Positions 24,771-38,860 are shown, counted from the whole stretch's first letter. The stretch is DNA of 62,326 bases, filler included, from Sphacelaria rigidula (GCA_964200075.2; 9 parts of 9 records of this genome joined end to end with filler, not necessarily neighbours in it), one strand, 5' to 3'. The notes: generated from the sequence alone by a model not told the origin. Made by a program: numbers and translations.

Positions 24771-26075
24771 AGGAGAAGAGGACGTGAACACGTCTGCTCG
24801 ACTAAACCAATAACAGGCCGTTGACTTCGCTGCTGCTTCTGCTTCTGCTGCTGCATCTCCTGCTTCTGCCAGGGCAACAAGAGAATAACACGACACAGTC
24901 TTTCACGACTCATCAACACGTGTAAAAAACAAAAACGATCATTTAGGACAGCATATACAAAACCGCGTGATTTGGGGGGCACTCTGCAAGTTCAGAGAAA
25001 GGGGGAACGCTTGCCCTACACGGCTATTCTTGCCATCCATCGTGCATAACAGAGTACAGTACAGGACAACACTTTTTTTTTCTTCGGCGATTTTACACGC
25101 CATTCACGCCCTGGGCAATAGACTAGACTAAGTTGTCAAAAATGCACTGCGCACAGTATGTCTATCGCATTAGACGCAGTAGTCGATACTGCACACAGTA
25201 CACTTTTGACAATCTACTCTTTCGTCCGGAATGAGATGCCATTATGGTGCATGACATGACCACCACCGTGCCAAGAGCCATACACACAAAACAACATGAC
25301 ATACTACACTGCAGAACCATCGCCATTGGTATCCGACAATTTTCACGATGAAGGTTCTTTATGTTTCGCCAAGAGCACAATTCCTACATTCATCTATTTT
25401 TTTTGCTAGTTATTCATGTTAACAAAAAACGAAATAAAGAAAATGAAACGACAGTAATCGTGACGAGGGCGCCGAGGCGCGTCGATGCCGCACATTCTTC
25501 GTTTTTCCTTATATATATATATATATATTTTGGGGGGGGATACAATACTTCAAGCCAAGTTACCCTGAAATTACCCCCGAGTAACCCGTGAATGGGCAAG
25601 ATTTGTGGCAATTTTTCCAAGACAAAACGATATTCTCCTGAAGAAACGCTTCGTGTATATATTGATGTCAACAGCACGCAAACCACACCCGCACATTGTT
25701 TCAAGAGGTGCGTACATTTCATCTCAAATCACATGTATAGTACTGATGATATTCTATGATCTCCTGAGTGCCAGCAACGGCAAAAAAAAATATCAGCTGC
25801 GAGGTATATCTCGCGCAGAAGAGCTCTTCTCAAGAATCTTTGAAAACAAAAAACGTCTTCAGAATTCTGAGAGGAATCGTTTTACGCCCTCAAACTTGAC
25901 ATCGTATCGCTAGAAAAGTCCACGTGCAACGGAACACGAATCCCCGTCCAGATTCGATTTTTTCACCCATGTTATTTGCAAAACTTTACTCCACAAAAAA
26001 ATTGGAGAAAGTTATCTTCTGAAGAAATCCAAGAGCTGTTCAAATCCGGCGTCAGAATTGTTATTCGAAAAGTAT

Positions 26076-27198
26076 CACACGTCGGACAGATCAGCTCCCT
26101 ATAGCTCGAGCTAGCTCTTTTTGAGCGTAGCTCCCTAGTGAGCTATGAGAGCTACATGAGCTACGCATGTTTTTCCTGGGGTGAGCCATGGGAGCAGTAT
26201 GAGCTACGCATATTTAACGTATGTGAGCTACCAACCCGTAGCTGATCAGCTCAGATTCGTCCCGAGTGAGCTACGAGAGCTGCATGAGCTAGACATGTTT
26301 GCCCTTGATGAGCTATGAGAGATGCATGAGCTACACATGTTTGCCCTGGATGAGCCATGAGAGCTGAGAGCTACGATTGCCCATCCCTTTGACCGCGAGG
26401 GTAGGAGGTCTTGGAATCGGCATCATTCACACCCGAAAAATCAAGTGAATTATGCTGATTTATCAGATCGCCAACCCTCGCGGTCAAAGGGCTAACCCCT
26501 TGACAGCGAGCAGAAGTCATCTGTTGAATCGGCCCCAATTTCACTTGAAAGACGTATGCATAACCAGATGGACTCGTACCCTCGCGGCCAAGCGATCAAA
26601 AGAAATGAATCGGTCGAGTATTGTAGACACTGAACACTACCTGTGTAATACTTTTTTTCACCATCCGACCAAGCGAAGGAGGATGTGTTGGGTTCGTTTC
26701 TCTTCCTATCGCCAAGAGTGAGGTAACATCACAACCTAATGATATGTGGCACCATCCGTTCGAACAAGAATGTTGCATCATAAGCGACACGGGGTTGGCC
26801 AGCGGCGAGCTACGCATATGACATGAGTGCGCCACGACCATGTGTCCCTGGGGTGAGCTACCGGCCGTAGCTCATCCGCTCATGTTTTCCCCGGGTGAGC
26901 TACAAGAGCTGCGGGAGTTATACACGTTTGCCTTGGGTGAGCTATCGAGCGTAGCTCATCCACATATGTTTTCCCTGGGTGAGCTGTGAGAGCTACAAGA
27001 GTTGCACATGTTTGCCCTGGGTGAGCTATGAGAGCTGCATGAGCTTCACATGTTTTTCCTGGGTGAGCTACCAACTCGTAGCTCATCAGCGCGCGTTTGC
27101 CTCGTGTTGAGCTATCGGACGTAGTTCACATGTACGTGTTTGACTACAAGGGAGCTACCGCCCGCAGGTGAGCTAGCTCATGAGCTGTCCTACGTGTG
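26076..27198. mobile_element. Non-autonomous DNA transposon with CACACGT.GGACA TIRs and dense GAGCTA subterminal repeats (CACTA-like architecture)
   Basis: Ends cacacgtcggaca / tgtcctacgtgtg. Arrays of ~43-bp catgtttt.cctgggtgagcta units at 26095-26375 and 26805-27190. No clean TSD. Confidence 0.7.
26385..26595. mobile_element. Two abutting ~100-bp MITEs with CCC(T)TTGACCGCGAG TIRs (piggyBac-like ends). Relatives near 22495-22582 and 54205-54305
   Basis: ccctttgaccgcgagggt...accctcgcggtcaaaggg|ctaa|ccccttgacagcgag...ctcgcggccaag. The CCC..GGG ends have TTAA-like flanks. Confidence 0.7.
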
Positions 27199-28529
27199 AA
27201 AAGCATAACTTTATGAGAAAATGGAACAAGGTTTTGAGGTTATCTGGGAACACTTGACAGAAGAATGAAGAGAGAGAAAGAAAAACTCTTCATCGTTGCC
27301 TGTGGGTAGAGACAAGAGTTTCAACGGTGTTTCAGAACGTCCGAACAACCGGTCCGTCCGTAATGCCCAGGTAAAAACCCCGTGAGTGCAAAAAAAGATA
27401 CACTACAGAACAGTATACCCTTGAACTATTCCATACCCTGGACAATATACGCTCAATAGTTGCGATTGACGAGAAGTGTACTGCATAAAGTATAGGCCTA
27501 TTGCAGTATGTTTGTTGTCTATTGCATCTATTGACCATATACTTCCTCTGTCCCATAAGTTATGTCCGTTATGTTTATACGAGCAATTAAAGGAGTCTGA
27601 TTTGATTTTCGATTCTTTTATTGCATTCGTTGGCTTTTTTTGTGCAANNNNNNNNNNNNNNNNNNNNNNNNNNNNNNNNNNNNNNNNNNNNTTAATTAAT
27701 TAANNNNNNNNNNNNNNNNNNNNNNNNNNNNNNNNNNNNNNNNNNNNTTGCTGCTTTCAACGGCGATCTGACTCGAAATTACGAGCAACAAATGCCCCAA
27801 AATACCCCCACCTCTATCGTAGGATGGCTCGAGTGCATCAGTCAAGATGCGGCAACGCGAGCTTTTCTATTGATGGGGAGGGGGGTACTCATTTTTGTTG
27901 TTTGCCTTAGTCGTTTGACCGTTGACCGCGTATCCCTTTCGACGGAGCACCGTTTCTACTCCTAATAGAGACACCTCCGACATTTGGGCGCTCATTACGC
28001 GTACGTTTCTTCCATTTATCACACAGAAACGTTTCACATATCTTTCATCCCCGTTCTATTGCGTCGTCTGTGGCCACCATCTATCTCCCAGTATAGCCGC
28101 GCATCGTTTTCTCCCTACTGTCTAATAATGCATCAAACGAGTTCATGCCACCTTCGTTCGCGTCCCGCATCTCCTCCTCTACAGTAGTCAACATCAGAAG
28201 TATGCAGTTCGTAACTTATTAGTTTCTCCAGGTTTCTCAAGGATTTTCTGAATTTGTTACGCTTTCCACCGCTCATCACAGTCGCTGTTGGATGTCGAAA
28301 AATGGGCATCAGGAGATATTTTTATCATCTTGATGACAAATATTCGAAGAAAAAATATCGGCGATCAATATTGAGTAACTTACGGGCTTGGCCGATCTTC
28401 GGGGGTCCTGCAAAAGTGCAACCCCAGGTGGTAGCTTTTGGGTATTTTCGGTGGATCGACTCGATCCCGATCATATAAGTTGAGACTCAAAAAGGATTTT
28501 TTTTTTTTAATTTCACCTTTTCACTGCGC

Positions 28530-28985
28530 TAAAGCCGGAAAACTATGTTTCTTGCGCCATTCACGGTCAGTAACACCCTCCTGATGAACGAGGTACTTAC
28601 TCCATATCGCCCCCACAACACCAACTTGGGCAATACGATTTGAGCACGGTCTGCATATTTTGCCAAAACTATTGACGTGTGCACTTTCGAGTGCTCATGG
28701 AAAATGTTATGCGAAAAATAGAAGAAAAAAGGCCATCCGCAGAAATCCTCGACTGAGGTCTGTGCGGTATAAGGAGGAAAACACGATCTCGATCGTTATC
28801 GTGAAGAATTGTATACGTATTCATTCATCTGAATATTTACCGTTTCGTTGCGGAAGAGCCGGAAGCCTGTTTTCATTGTACCAAAAACGGCCAATGACAC
28901 CCTCCTGATAAACGGGATATCTAGTCTGCATCGCCCCAAAAACATCAACTTAGGCACCGCAGTTTGAGTGCGGCCTACGCATCCC
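28530..28985. repeat. Diverged direct duplication (~115-bp units about 325 bp apart)
   Basis: acaccctcctgat(g/a)aacg...atcgcccc..aaca.caactt.ggca at about 28573 and 28898. Confidence 0.6.
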
Positions 28986-29609
28986 CCTAAATCTACCGGC
29001 GCTAGCACTTTCAAGTAGTAATGAACAATAGTGCTCGAGAAAAAGTCAAGAACTACAACAACTATGAATTCTGAAGACTTCTGATGCTGACTACTAAAGC
29101 ACGTCCCGTCCCTCCTTGCATAGTTCACTTTCTGCCACTCTGTGAGTCCTACTTTCCATCGCTTCGCCACAGCGGCAATTCTGTGCATCTACTTCCTCCT
29201 CCCTTCGACTACTGGCCTATATCTTTTTTCGTTCTGGCAGGTTCAGGTCCCTCATCCGAAATCGCAGTTTCAATTTTTCCCGAAGTCCTCTGGGCCATGT
29301 AGATATGTTTTTATCCCTATCCCCTCTCTCAACCTCCCGTACAGCTTCAGGTGTTCTTCCTTGTCTACTGTCCGTCCTAGCGCTCTTTTTCCCCTCATTT
29401 ATCTCATGTGTCACACTTTTGTCTTATACCCGTCACATACACCCACGGGCATAATCCCGTTTTTCCCCCCTCCTATCCCCTTCCGTACTTTCTCGACTAC
29501 TCTATACCACCTTGTTCCAGCCTGCCCTCTCGTACTTTTCTTCCATACAGCCCTGTCAACTATGGCTGGCAATCTCTTTCTTGTGATCTTCTTTACGCTA
29601 TATTTTATT

Positions 29610-32600
29610 TGATTGATTGATCGATCGATCGATTGGTTGGTTCGTTGATTGATTGATTGTCGCACTTTACCTAACCCCCCAGGGATCCAGCCGTGGTCAC
29701 ATGATAGGCGTACCCAAGAAACAAACAACACTGAAGCACTCGCTGAAGAAAAAGACGGAACAGAGAAGTCGAGCAGAACGACATAATAGTAGACGAAGAT
29801 TTGAAGAAAAAATGAAGAAAAAGGCAACAAAAGACACTTTCTACGATAGCCCCCCCCAAAACAGTGCATAGTTTTGGCAGGCAAAATCTTCACGTAAATC
29901 GAAATGGGTATGGCCCAGCACAACGGGAAGCTGGGAATTCCCACGCTTGGGTTCCTTCTAGCCAATGTCGCCAATATGAGGCGCTTCATGCGGCCTGGAT
30001 CCGAACATCAGGCGCTGTTTGACCATTTTTTTCATGACACTTTCAGCTGTTTTTTTTTGGGGGGGGGCTATCGTAGAAGGTATCAAAAGCAATGCACAGA
30101 AAGAAGTAGCCGATCTAAAACAAAAAGGAAAATACAAGAGATAAAAGAACAGAGATCGGGAAAAAGCCCTGGGGATTCAGGGCAGTAGAGTAGATACAGA
30201 CACACACCAGCGGGCACCGCAGAGCCACCGACTAATAATGACGTAATCAACAACCGATATGAGTAGACAGGATTCTTCGATTGGCGGCCTTCGACACAAC
30301 AGCCTCTCGTTTGTGACGGCGGTCTGATTCTCGTTTGTCCGCGCGTCTTCACGTGTCCTCAAACTCTTCCGCTCCTTTTTCGACTCCAATATACCATTTG
30401 CCCACATTCTTCGCCGCAATGACCCAATCGTATGCATCCTCAACCCCTACACCGTAGACGAACGATTTCCATCGGGATCCTTTGTGCGGGACAGCCCCTA
30501 GTGAACGAAGGTTCTCCTGCAGGTTATCCTCCCATTGCTTGGGGAGGCGGCTGGCCTCCTTGGGCCCTCGTGTGGTTAACCGACCGCTCATGATGCGCTT
30601 AGGAAGGCGTGTTTCCTTCTACTGGACAAGGACTCCCGCGAATAAGAAATGATGTTTGCGGATAGTCATCTCAATACGTTCGCAGTTGGTCATCTCGAGC
30701 ACCGCTCTGTACGAAAGAGTCTTGAAGCCATTTCAATATTTCGTGCGGAACCTAAACACTCGCAGCATGAGCTTATGGTGGGCAGTCCGCGGGTTGTCGA
30801 ATTCCTCAGAACATAGCGTCCATATTACACATTCATACAACAGAGCTTCTACCACCTCCGCTTGAAGCAGTCGAACTTTCGAGGATAGCTCGGCGTTGGG
30901 TCGGTCGTAGAGTTGTGAGCTATATTGCCAGTTCAATTTTCGCATGTCTCTGTTCGTTCCAAGTGGGTACATCGCCAATTCTGCCCCCAATGCTGTATCA
31001 CTCGTCGTCTTCGAGCATCCAAGTATCTTCTTAGCTGCTGCCATCTGCACTTTTCCTAGCTTTTTCACCAACGTCGCGTTTCCCTCCCATACGTCTCCTG
31101 CATATTCCAGCTCTCTTTGCTTTTGCCATCATTCTGATCTTTCTAATATCCCAACGAAATCATCCACGAACACCAATCTTGATACCGCATCTTCCCCCAC
31201 CTTGACTCCTTATTTTGCTGCTTCTATTGCTATTTCCAGGCCACTACTTGAATAATGTCACCTAATGTGTATACATGGTCTACGTAACTACGGTTTGGTC
31301 GAAAACCTGTTTGCCCCTCGCTGACTTTTCCCTCCTTCTCGAGCATCGTTCCCACTCCATCATTGAGAATCTCACAGAATGTTTCCCTTACGGTGCTCAG
31401 TAGCGTTATCTCTCTGTAATTCTCTGGGTCAGCCTTGTCTCCTGTTTTAAAAAGGTTTACTACTACAGTACTCCTTGTATCCACCTCTTGGGCATGTATC
31501 CGTTTCTGCATATCCAATGATACAGCGTAACCATCGTGGAAATCACCCCCTTTCTCCATTCTTGAGAACTTCGATCGCTATTTCGTCTGCCCCTATTGCC
31601 TTCTTTCTGTTCTTGATATCAGCTACGCACTCCTTCACTTCATCTCTGGTGAAATCTCTGCAATTCTTATGAGCCACTACCCTCCCTTTTTTTCTTTTTC
31701 GAATTCCATGTCGAACTTCTTGTTTGTTTTTGGTGTTTGTGGTTTACGGTAGTGCTCGACTAGCACTTCTCTCCTTCTCTTCGACCTACTGACCATTATA
31801 TCGTTTCGTACCCGTAGTGTGGCTATCCCCTTGTCTATATTTCTTGCCTGGTTTCCCGTCATCCCTTTTATCCCTACCCAGATTCGTTTCATCCCGCCAT
31901 CAAAATCTTCATTTGTTATATTGAGTGATGCCACGGTAGGGATGCACAAATGTTTTCTGTCAGGGGCCCTTCATCTCATCCAAAACACGACTTATGAAGA
32001 AACATGTGAGAGTACGCCAGGATTACTTTTCCAATGTGCTAGAATAGGGATATCCCGAACGACTTTGCATATGGGGATGCCCTGATCCACATTCTTGTGC
32101 ATCTAAAATCGTTACGAGCTTCTGAACCAGACAAGATTTTGCGAAAAAAAAGTGCACCCCTACCGTAGCATTGCTCTACTCACTACATCTTCCCATATTC
32201 CCTTTTTTTTCTGTACCATCTTTTTTTCTTCCTTTCGATTTTTTTCAGAAGATTCCTCCAATCCTGCCGTGGTTTCACTCGATGTGTATCTTGCGGTGGC
32301 CCCTCTCGTTACTCTTATAGCCTCTTTCACTTCCTTATCCCACCATTTCACTGCTCTGTTGCATGCGATTAGTTGCTCCCCTATGACCTCACTCATCGTG
32401 TTCTTGACCGACTGCTCCCATCCTTCTTCAATCTTTGCTCCTGCTCGATCTATTTCCACTTCGGTATCAACTGCACCCACGCGTTCCAACAACTCAGAAA
32501 ATTGCACTGCATTTTTTTTATCATTTCTTTTTGGCTCGTGCTGTTTTGCTTCCATTTCTAGTTAATCCATTCCCTATTTGCACAACTTCCTACCCCGCCT

Positions 32601-33130
32601 CTATTTCTTTTGGCTCTCGTCAGTTGGCTTTCTGTCCACATTAGGCGATGATCCGCAGTTCCCACGTCCTCTGCGCGTACATATACTTCCATTTTCGTAC
32701 TACTTTCATGCGTTACCATTATGTAGTCAAGAACGGAGCGTTCTCTCTCGTCTTTTCATTTTCTAGTCCATGTCAATTGCGCCTCTGACTTTTGTGCTTC
32801 ATCGTTCAGCGTCTTCATCTCGTTGTTCTCAAGGAACTCCAGTATTCCTGTCCCATTCATCTTCTCGTTTCTGTATTGCCCCATGATATCATCCGGTTGA
32901 CCCGCTTTTCCAACCCTTGCATTAAAATCTCCCACTTACATTATTTTACCTTGCCTTTCATACCCATGTACATCTACTGCTATCTCTTCAAACCTCCGCT
33001 GTATTGTGTTCACCCTACTATTCGCTTCTAGGGGCATGTAGACGTTCCCTACGAAAAATAAAATCATTCCCAGCTCTGCTGATACCCTTATCCGTGCGCT
33101 CTCATCGAATTGATCCTTCTGGTGAAAGGT
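29610..33130 (-). mobile_element. Degenerate, internally deleted and chimeric LINE (APE + RT), ending in an AATC tail
   Basis: APE: FVGNVYMP, GDFNARVG. RT: VVNLFKTGDKADPENYREITLLS, QTGFRPNRSYVDHVYTL, LVFVDDFV, LEYAGDVW, AAAKKILGCS. Then a second-family C-terminus: EALLYECVIW, RLPKRIMSG, KWYIGVEKG. Confidence 0.92.
29833..30084. mobile_element. MITE, GACACTTTCTACGATAG-TIR family, TSD AAAA, inserted in the LINE 3' UTR
   Basis: aaaa|gacactttctacgatagcccc ... ggggctatcgtagaaggtatc|aaaa. Confidence 0.88.
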
Positions 33131-34872
33131 CCCACTTAGCCCCTGCCGCTCTTGTGACGACGAAAGGGGTGGTGTATTGGGTATGTGGTAATAACATGAT
33201 GTTAATCTCTCCATCGATTGGCGATCGCCGGACGAAGACACACAAAAGGCGTGGGCCAGGAGCTTTCTCTCCGGTATTGTTCCTCCGGCGGCATCATCGT
33301 CATCGGTAAGCGTGTACATCGCATTAACTGGGTACACCTACCCACACCTGCTTAGCTTTTAACAAAAGCGAACCACCCTGTAAATTGCTTTTCAAACTGG
33401 GTGGGCAGAATTTTCACAATCGCAAAGGGGGTTTGAACCTCATTTCAATGGTATACCTCATTTTCGGGGAGACTCTCACTATGGTTTTCCACGTTTTGAA
33501 ACATCTGTCGCCAAGACGTTAACGTATATCCGCATGGGTAAAATCAACTGACGAAGCTCATCTTGGTAAATGAGAAGGAAGTCTGTCCCGGTTCGGTGGT
33601 GCCGTGGTAGCAGCCTATAGCACCTCTTTTCGTCTTGAAAATGTAAAGCAGACAGATACGCCAGGTGCATAAAAGGTGCTGTGTAAAAAATAGTCGTTGT
33701 TCGACACTGGTCGCTTTGTGGTGTTTGGTTCACCCTCATGAACATATTTTGCGCTATCATACTGTACATGGGCACAGGTGTACCTTGGGGGATATCCTTT
33801 GCGTTGGAAGGGTTAAAGGGACAGATGGTTTTCGCTAAATATCTGTCTTTTTCTTTCCATGATACTGCGTTTTGTCGTGGAACCGACCTTAGTAAAAGTT
33901 GCACGTGCACAATTTTCATCAATTTGTCCAGGGCAGTACTGACAACAAACGGGGGATCCTAAGGAGTGGGTACGAAAATTGCGCAAAATGGTACCCCTTG
34001 AAAGCACCGAGGAGACTCGAACCCCCCAATGGTTGGAGAACCAAGCCCAGAAGATGTAGTATCCATTTTTAAAATGTGATGCGCGTCGTTTGTCTCCGGA
34101 CTAAAGCCCAACACGTTCCAATCTGGATTTTTTTTCCCCCTAGCTCAAGTTAAAGCATGCCGTTCGTGGAATTTCTGGACACCCAACTGCTCCTTCCGGA
34201 CCATGTGTTTACATTCCATGCGCTTCTCTTCCTTTGTGATTGTTGGGGGACTGTCGAGTTTGATGAAGGTTTGAGAATTGTTTCCGAAATAACTTGCCGG
34301 CGAGTTGCGGGAGCCACAAACAGTTACTTGGAACCTTTAGGGCTATTGAGTGTTTGGCATATTTACTTGTTTTACGTCAGCGGAGGGCATGTACCATTTC
34401 GCACAATTTCCGAGCCCCATCTTCTTCTCTTCGTTTCCAGAAAAAAAAAATCGTCCCCATGTTCCATCATCTCCCCTTTATGGATAAAATCGCTTGGTGA
34501 GCCCTTACAATCACAGGGCTCTGGCGCACGGTGTGCTGGGGAGGCAGGGGGCGGGGGGGGGGGGGGGGGGGGGTGGTTTTGTTNNNNNNNNNNNNNNNNN
34601 NNNNNNNNNNNNNNNNNNNNNNNNNNNTTAATTAATTAANNNNNNNNNNNNNNNNNNNNNNNNNNNNNNNNNNNNNNNNNNNNCTTTATTCCGTGGTATC
34701 GCCACTTCCAGAGACAGCCATGGCTTTTACACTGCCTCACGGGTGTCTAACCGTAAATGTTCGAGGAGGGGGGGGGGCGTTACTCATTTGTTGCTTGCCT
34801 TATTCGTGTGACCATTGACCACGTATCCCTTTCGAGACGGAGCACCGCTCTCGAGGGGGGGGGGGGTTGGTG

Positions 34873-34958
34873 GAGGTATCTCAAACTCGGGGTTACCGGT
34901 ATATTTGACTGTAGAATGCTGTGAAACCTACCGGGAACCTCGCGTTTGAGATACCCTC
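34873..34958. mobile_element. Tiny MITE/hairpin with GAGGTATCTCAAAC inverted ends
   Basis: gaggtatctcaaactcggggttaccggt ... accgggaacctcgcgtttgagataccctc. Confidence 0.65.
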
Positions 34959-35087
34959 ACTGTTAATAACTCGAATCGCACACATCGCCGAGGGCCACAG
35001 GTTTTTTCGCGGATCTTTCTGTGAATATATGCAGATCCAATACATTTCCTATTTCGTTAAGGGTACATAAATGGATCTTGTGTTCAC

Positions 35088-35149
35088 CTGGTGCAGGTAG
35101 GCGGGGATGGCGGGGAGCCAGAGTGTAGTATAGCTATGATGATATCTAT
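35088..35149 (-). CDS. Candidate isolated 62-nt exon (RYHHSYTTLWLPAIPAYLHQ), product unknown
   Basis: ctgcag acceptor, CAG|gtgaac donor and an open frame. No family recognised. Confidence 0.3.
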
Positions 35150-35249
35150 CTGCAGAGATGGGATTTTCCGCAGAGCTGCTTGTAGTAGTTGAACTTGTCA
35201 ACAGAAACATAGCTCACTTGCATCGACCATCCCCTGTTCGCACTGACAG

Positions 35250-36020
35250 TGGACGCCAGTTTACCTTAGAGCAGGGGTATATGTGGCCGCGCCAGCCAGG
35301 GCCACACAGAAGGAACGTCAACACCGGAGATTTTCACTTTGTTTTTGTACTCCACCTTCCTTTTGCGGTGGGCATCGGTGCGTCGGTATCAGCCAGCCGG
35401 TGAGCAGTGGTGTTACGTTTGGATGTTGTGTGTGTGTGCGTGTATGTTGTTGTCCCATCTATTCAGGACGCTAGCAGTTCACGCCTTATTTTAGTATATA
35501 TTTGGGCGCATCAGCCGGGGTCACGGAAGACGAAGGCAAACACGGGAGTTTAATATCTTTAATTTTGTTTTAGTACTCCACCTTCCATCTGCGGTATTTG
35601 TCATATTTGTTTATTGCGAGAGGGGTTCAGCAGTCCCTTTCCCTCGTCGATCATGAAATCGAACTTCGGATACCCACGCACAGTCGCTCTCAACTGTTGG
35701 GCATGGTGTGAGAAAAAAATCCAGTTCGTGTGACTTCATCGACGTTCGAACCAACGACCCAACCGTCAAAAAGATTCAAAATTACGAACCAAGCCACCGG
35801 GGCGACCGACCACTGGATGTTGTTGTTATTTTCGCTATAATTTTGAGGATAGAGAGATACGTACCGACAGGACAAAAAGCTTTCACGCAGAAGGAAGGCC
35901 AGAGTTTATTTTTTTTTGTGAACTAACTCCGCCTTCCTTCTGCGGTGCTTGTCTTCCGTTTTGTTCGTGACAAGGTTTCAGCGGTCCCTTTCCCTCGTTG
36001 ACCGTTAGGTCGAATTTTGT
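35250..36020 (-). mobile_element. Cluster of three partial or degenerate copies of the tRNA-derived SINE
   Basis: Body motifs ctccaccttcc.tctgcggt, gaggggttcagc..tccctttccctcgtcga and head ccaccggggcgaccg are shared with 10340-10695. Confidence 0.75.
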
Positions 36021-36264
36021 GTGACATAGTCGCTGTCCACTGACAGATGGATAGGCCTATGGTGGTGATAAAAATCCACACCCTGGATGATGACAAATAA
36101 TTACAATGTCAGGAAGTGTACGGGGTACAGTGCCGACTATCGCGTCTATTGCAATACACAACAAAGGAAATCGCTCATCTTGGGACGATGCGGTGCCGCT
36201 GAACGTATGGCACACGCTTGTGGGCTACCAACAACATGCCAAAACTACCTGACACCATTGTTCC

Positions 36265-36425
36265 TAATACAGAGAAGTTTGTCGTCAGTGGTCATGACTT
36301 GAGAGTGCATATGCACATTCCCAATACAGAGAGGTTTGTCCGCAGTCGCCTTGATTTGAGAGTTCATATGCATGTTCTCAATAATACAGAGATGTGTGTC
36401 CGTAGTCTTCTTGAGTTGAGCGTGT
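36265..36425. repeat. About 58-bp tandem repeat x3, followed by poly-G and (CA)n simple repeats to 36740
   Basis: aatacagaga..tttgtc..cagt..c.tga.ttgagagt.catatgca units. Confidence 0.8.
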
Positions 36426-38860
36426 TGAAGAGTATATATGCATGTATGACGTACTGACGTTGCCTGCCCGCTGCATTTTGCATTTGGGATGGGGGGGGGG
36501 GGGGGGGGGGAGCACACACAGGGGGACAGATCACACACAGCGGCNNNNNNNNNNGTATGTGTTATAGTCTTCGGCTGCGTGGTGCCGGTGACGTGCTTGT
36601 TGGTGTGGAGGTGGGGGGGGGGGGGGGGGGGGGGGGGGGGTACACACACAGCGGTACAGATCACACACAGCGGCACAGGTCACACACACACAAACACACA
36701 CACACGCACGCACGCACACACACACACGCACGCACAGGCGGGTGAACACGAGCCAGCGGCAAAAGCAGCAGCAGTATAACATAGCACGGAGACGGCAACC
36801 GCTGAACCCATCGAACGGGTATTGAAGAAGGCTATTTCCCTACTGTCTGCGGTACTGTTCTGACTGCGCGCTGGTGTACAAAAGTACCATCCAACATTTT
36901 CGTACCTGTGTCAAGCTTGTCCCATCACCCTACGGTACCGTGTGTGAACATATTGTATAGATCCAGCATACATGAGAGAGCCGTGAGAATTCTCGTCCAA
37001 GGCTATGTAGCATACTGTTAGCTGTCTACTTTACTGTACTACTGTCTAACCCTAACCCTCACCCTCACCCCGACGAAGGCATACTGAGAACTCTCGGGTA
37101 AGGCGGGTGCAGCTGTTGCTACTCTATACACAGTGCTCTTTCTTTTACGGCAATCCGTGAGGTGGTGGATGAGAGCCAGCCGTGTAGGGGCAACAAAACT
37201 TGCTCAAGATGGAGTCGTTGACCGTCTTATTTTCACGGGCGCATGTTTTGTTTCGGAGAAGGTGGGCATTACATGAAGTGCACAGCGTAACAGATCCACA
37301 AGAGAGTATAAAGCTCAACATCCCACCATACTGGTGCAGTTGGATAGATAGATGAGGGCGGAGAGCGCACATCACACTACGTGCTAGCGGCGCACGTACG
37401 TCGGACCACCCCGTTATTGGCCGATGGGTGTCCCGGCTAGGTGATGGTCGTTTGTGATGCTAACAACAAACACTGGATTGCTGTGCATAGATGCAGCAGT
37501 GAGTCGTATCGGTAGTGTCCAGAATACGGGTCTTTCAGATTCTGCGGGTAGACAAAGAGCTTGACCGTTCGGCACGGATCGTCTTTCGGCCTACTTTTGT
37601 GGGGCGATAGAGAAGAGTGACAGTTTTTTTTTCTCCTCTTGAGTTTGAGCGTCTAGCGTAAAATAGTGTTCCAAGAATGATCATTTTTAGTAGGATAAAG
37701 GATGGAAAAACCGTACATGAATGCGCTGATCTATGTATGGAGCGGAGAGACATTTACGCTATTAATAAATAGATAATAGATAGAAAGTAGGATGAATAAT
37801 ATATGAAGTATGCTCTATTGTATCTGGCCAATTTCGAAGCCTGGCATGCATCCCTGCCGCAGCAGATGGACACTTAAACCCGAGTAATTTTCAAGTGAGG
37901 ATGATGCCCATCCAAAATGACTGGTGGATAGCCTCACGTGAATGATTGAAGGGACAAGTGAAGAGACAATTGACCAGGTCACGAAGCGCTTGAATCGGAT
38001 TTTGTTTCAAGTACCATTGCGCTATGCTCAGCCTTCAGCGGATTCCAAATTCGACTTTCCATTCCTGGATGCTTGACAACAGGAAGGGTAGTTATTTTAA
38101 CGTAGGAGGGGGCGAGTCATCGTTTCGTCACAGTATGTTCAAGAACTGATTGGTTGATTGCTTGGGCGGTCGGTTGGTCCGTTGATTGTCCCGCATTAAT
38201 TAACCCGCTGCGAATTCAGCCGTGGTCGCACAACGGACGAACGAAAGCTTTCCAAATGGAGGCGGAAACATTCGTTTTGCGACTCTGAAGGGACCTTGAG
38301 TACAAGACGGACAACAAAAATGAAGACAGAGCAGCAGAAATGTATGTACCATTGACACTCTCTCTTCAAGTCAGGCAGAGAAACCAAATACCTGGTGGCA
38401 AATCATGGGAAAAAATACAGCGCAACATGTACTACCTGTAACCCATGCAGCATGACGCTACGAAACAGATAGAAATACTGAGACTTCACATCACCAGCTT
38501 TGCTCTGCACCTCCAGAAGTAAAGATAGACTGGATCTCAATCCCCCAAGGCCAGGAGCGCAAATACCAGATGCTACTATGATGTTTTCTCCCCGCTGCAC
38601 GCATGACAAATGTTTCAAAAGCAGTCTGGATACGACTCAGTAAATCACGTGCTCTGGTGTACCCGGTACTTTGCTCAGTCATTGATTGCCCGCCTTATCC
38701 TGGAATCCTCAGTATGTGCACGTGTTGCTGTTCTACGTACCCTACCCTGGGAAACGCGGCCCTGAAAACACTCTGACATTGCAGGGTACCCGGGGCCGCA
38801 GTACCCCACCCTATCCACCCAAATAAAACTATATTTGCGCAGTGCCTAAGTATACCTCAC

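Noticed and set aside
33479-34007. Cys-containing minus-strand ORF fragments
   Set aside because: They are frameshifted and I recognise no motif. They may be a TE relic but cannot be assigned without a search.
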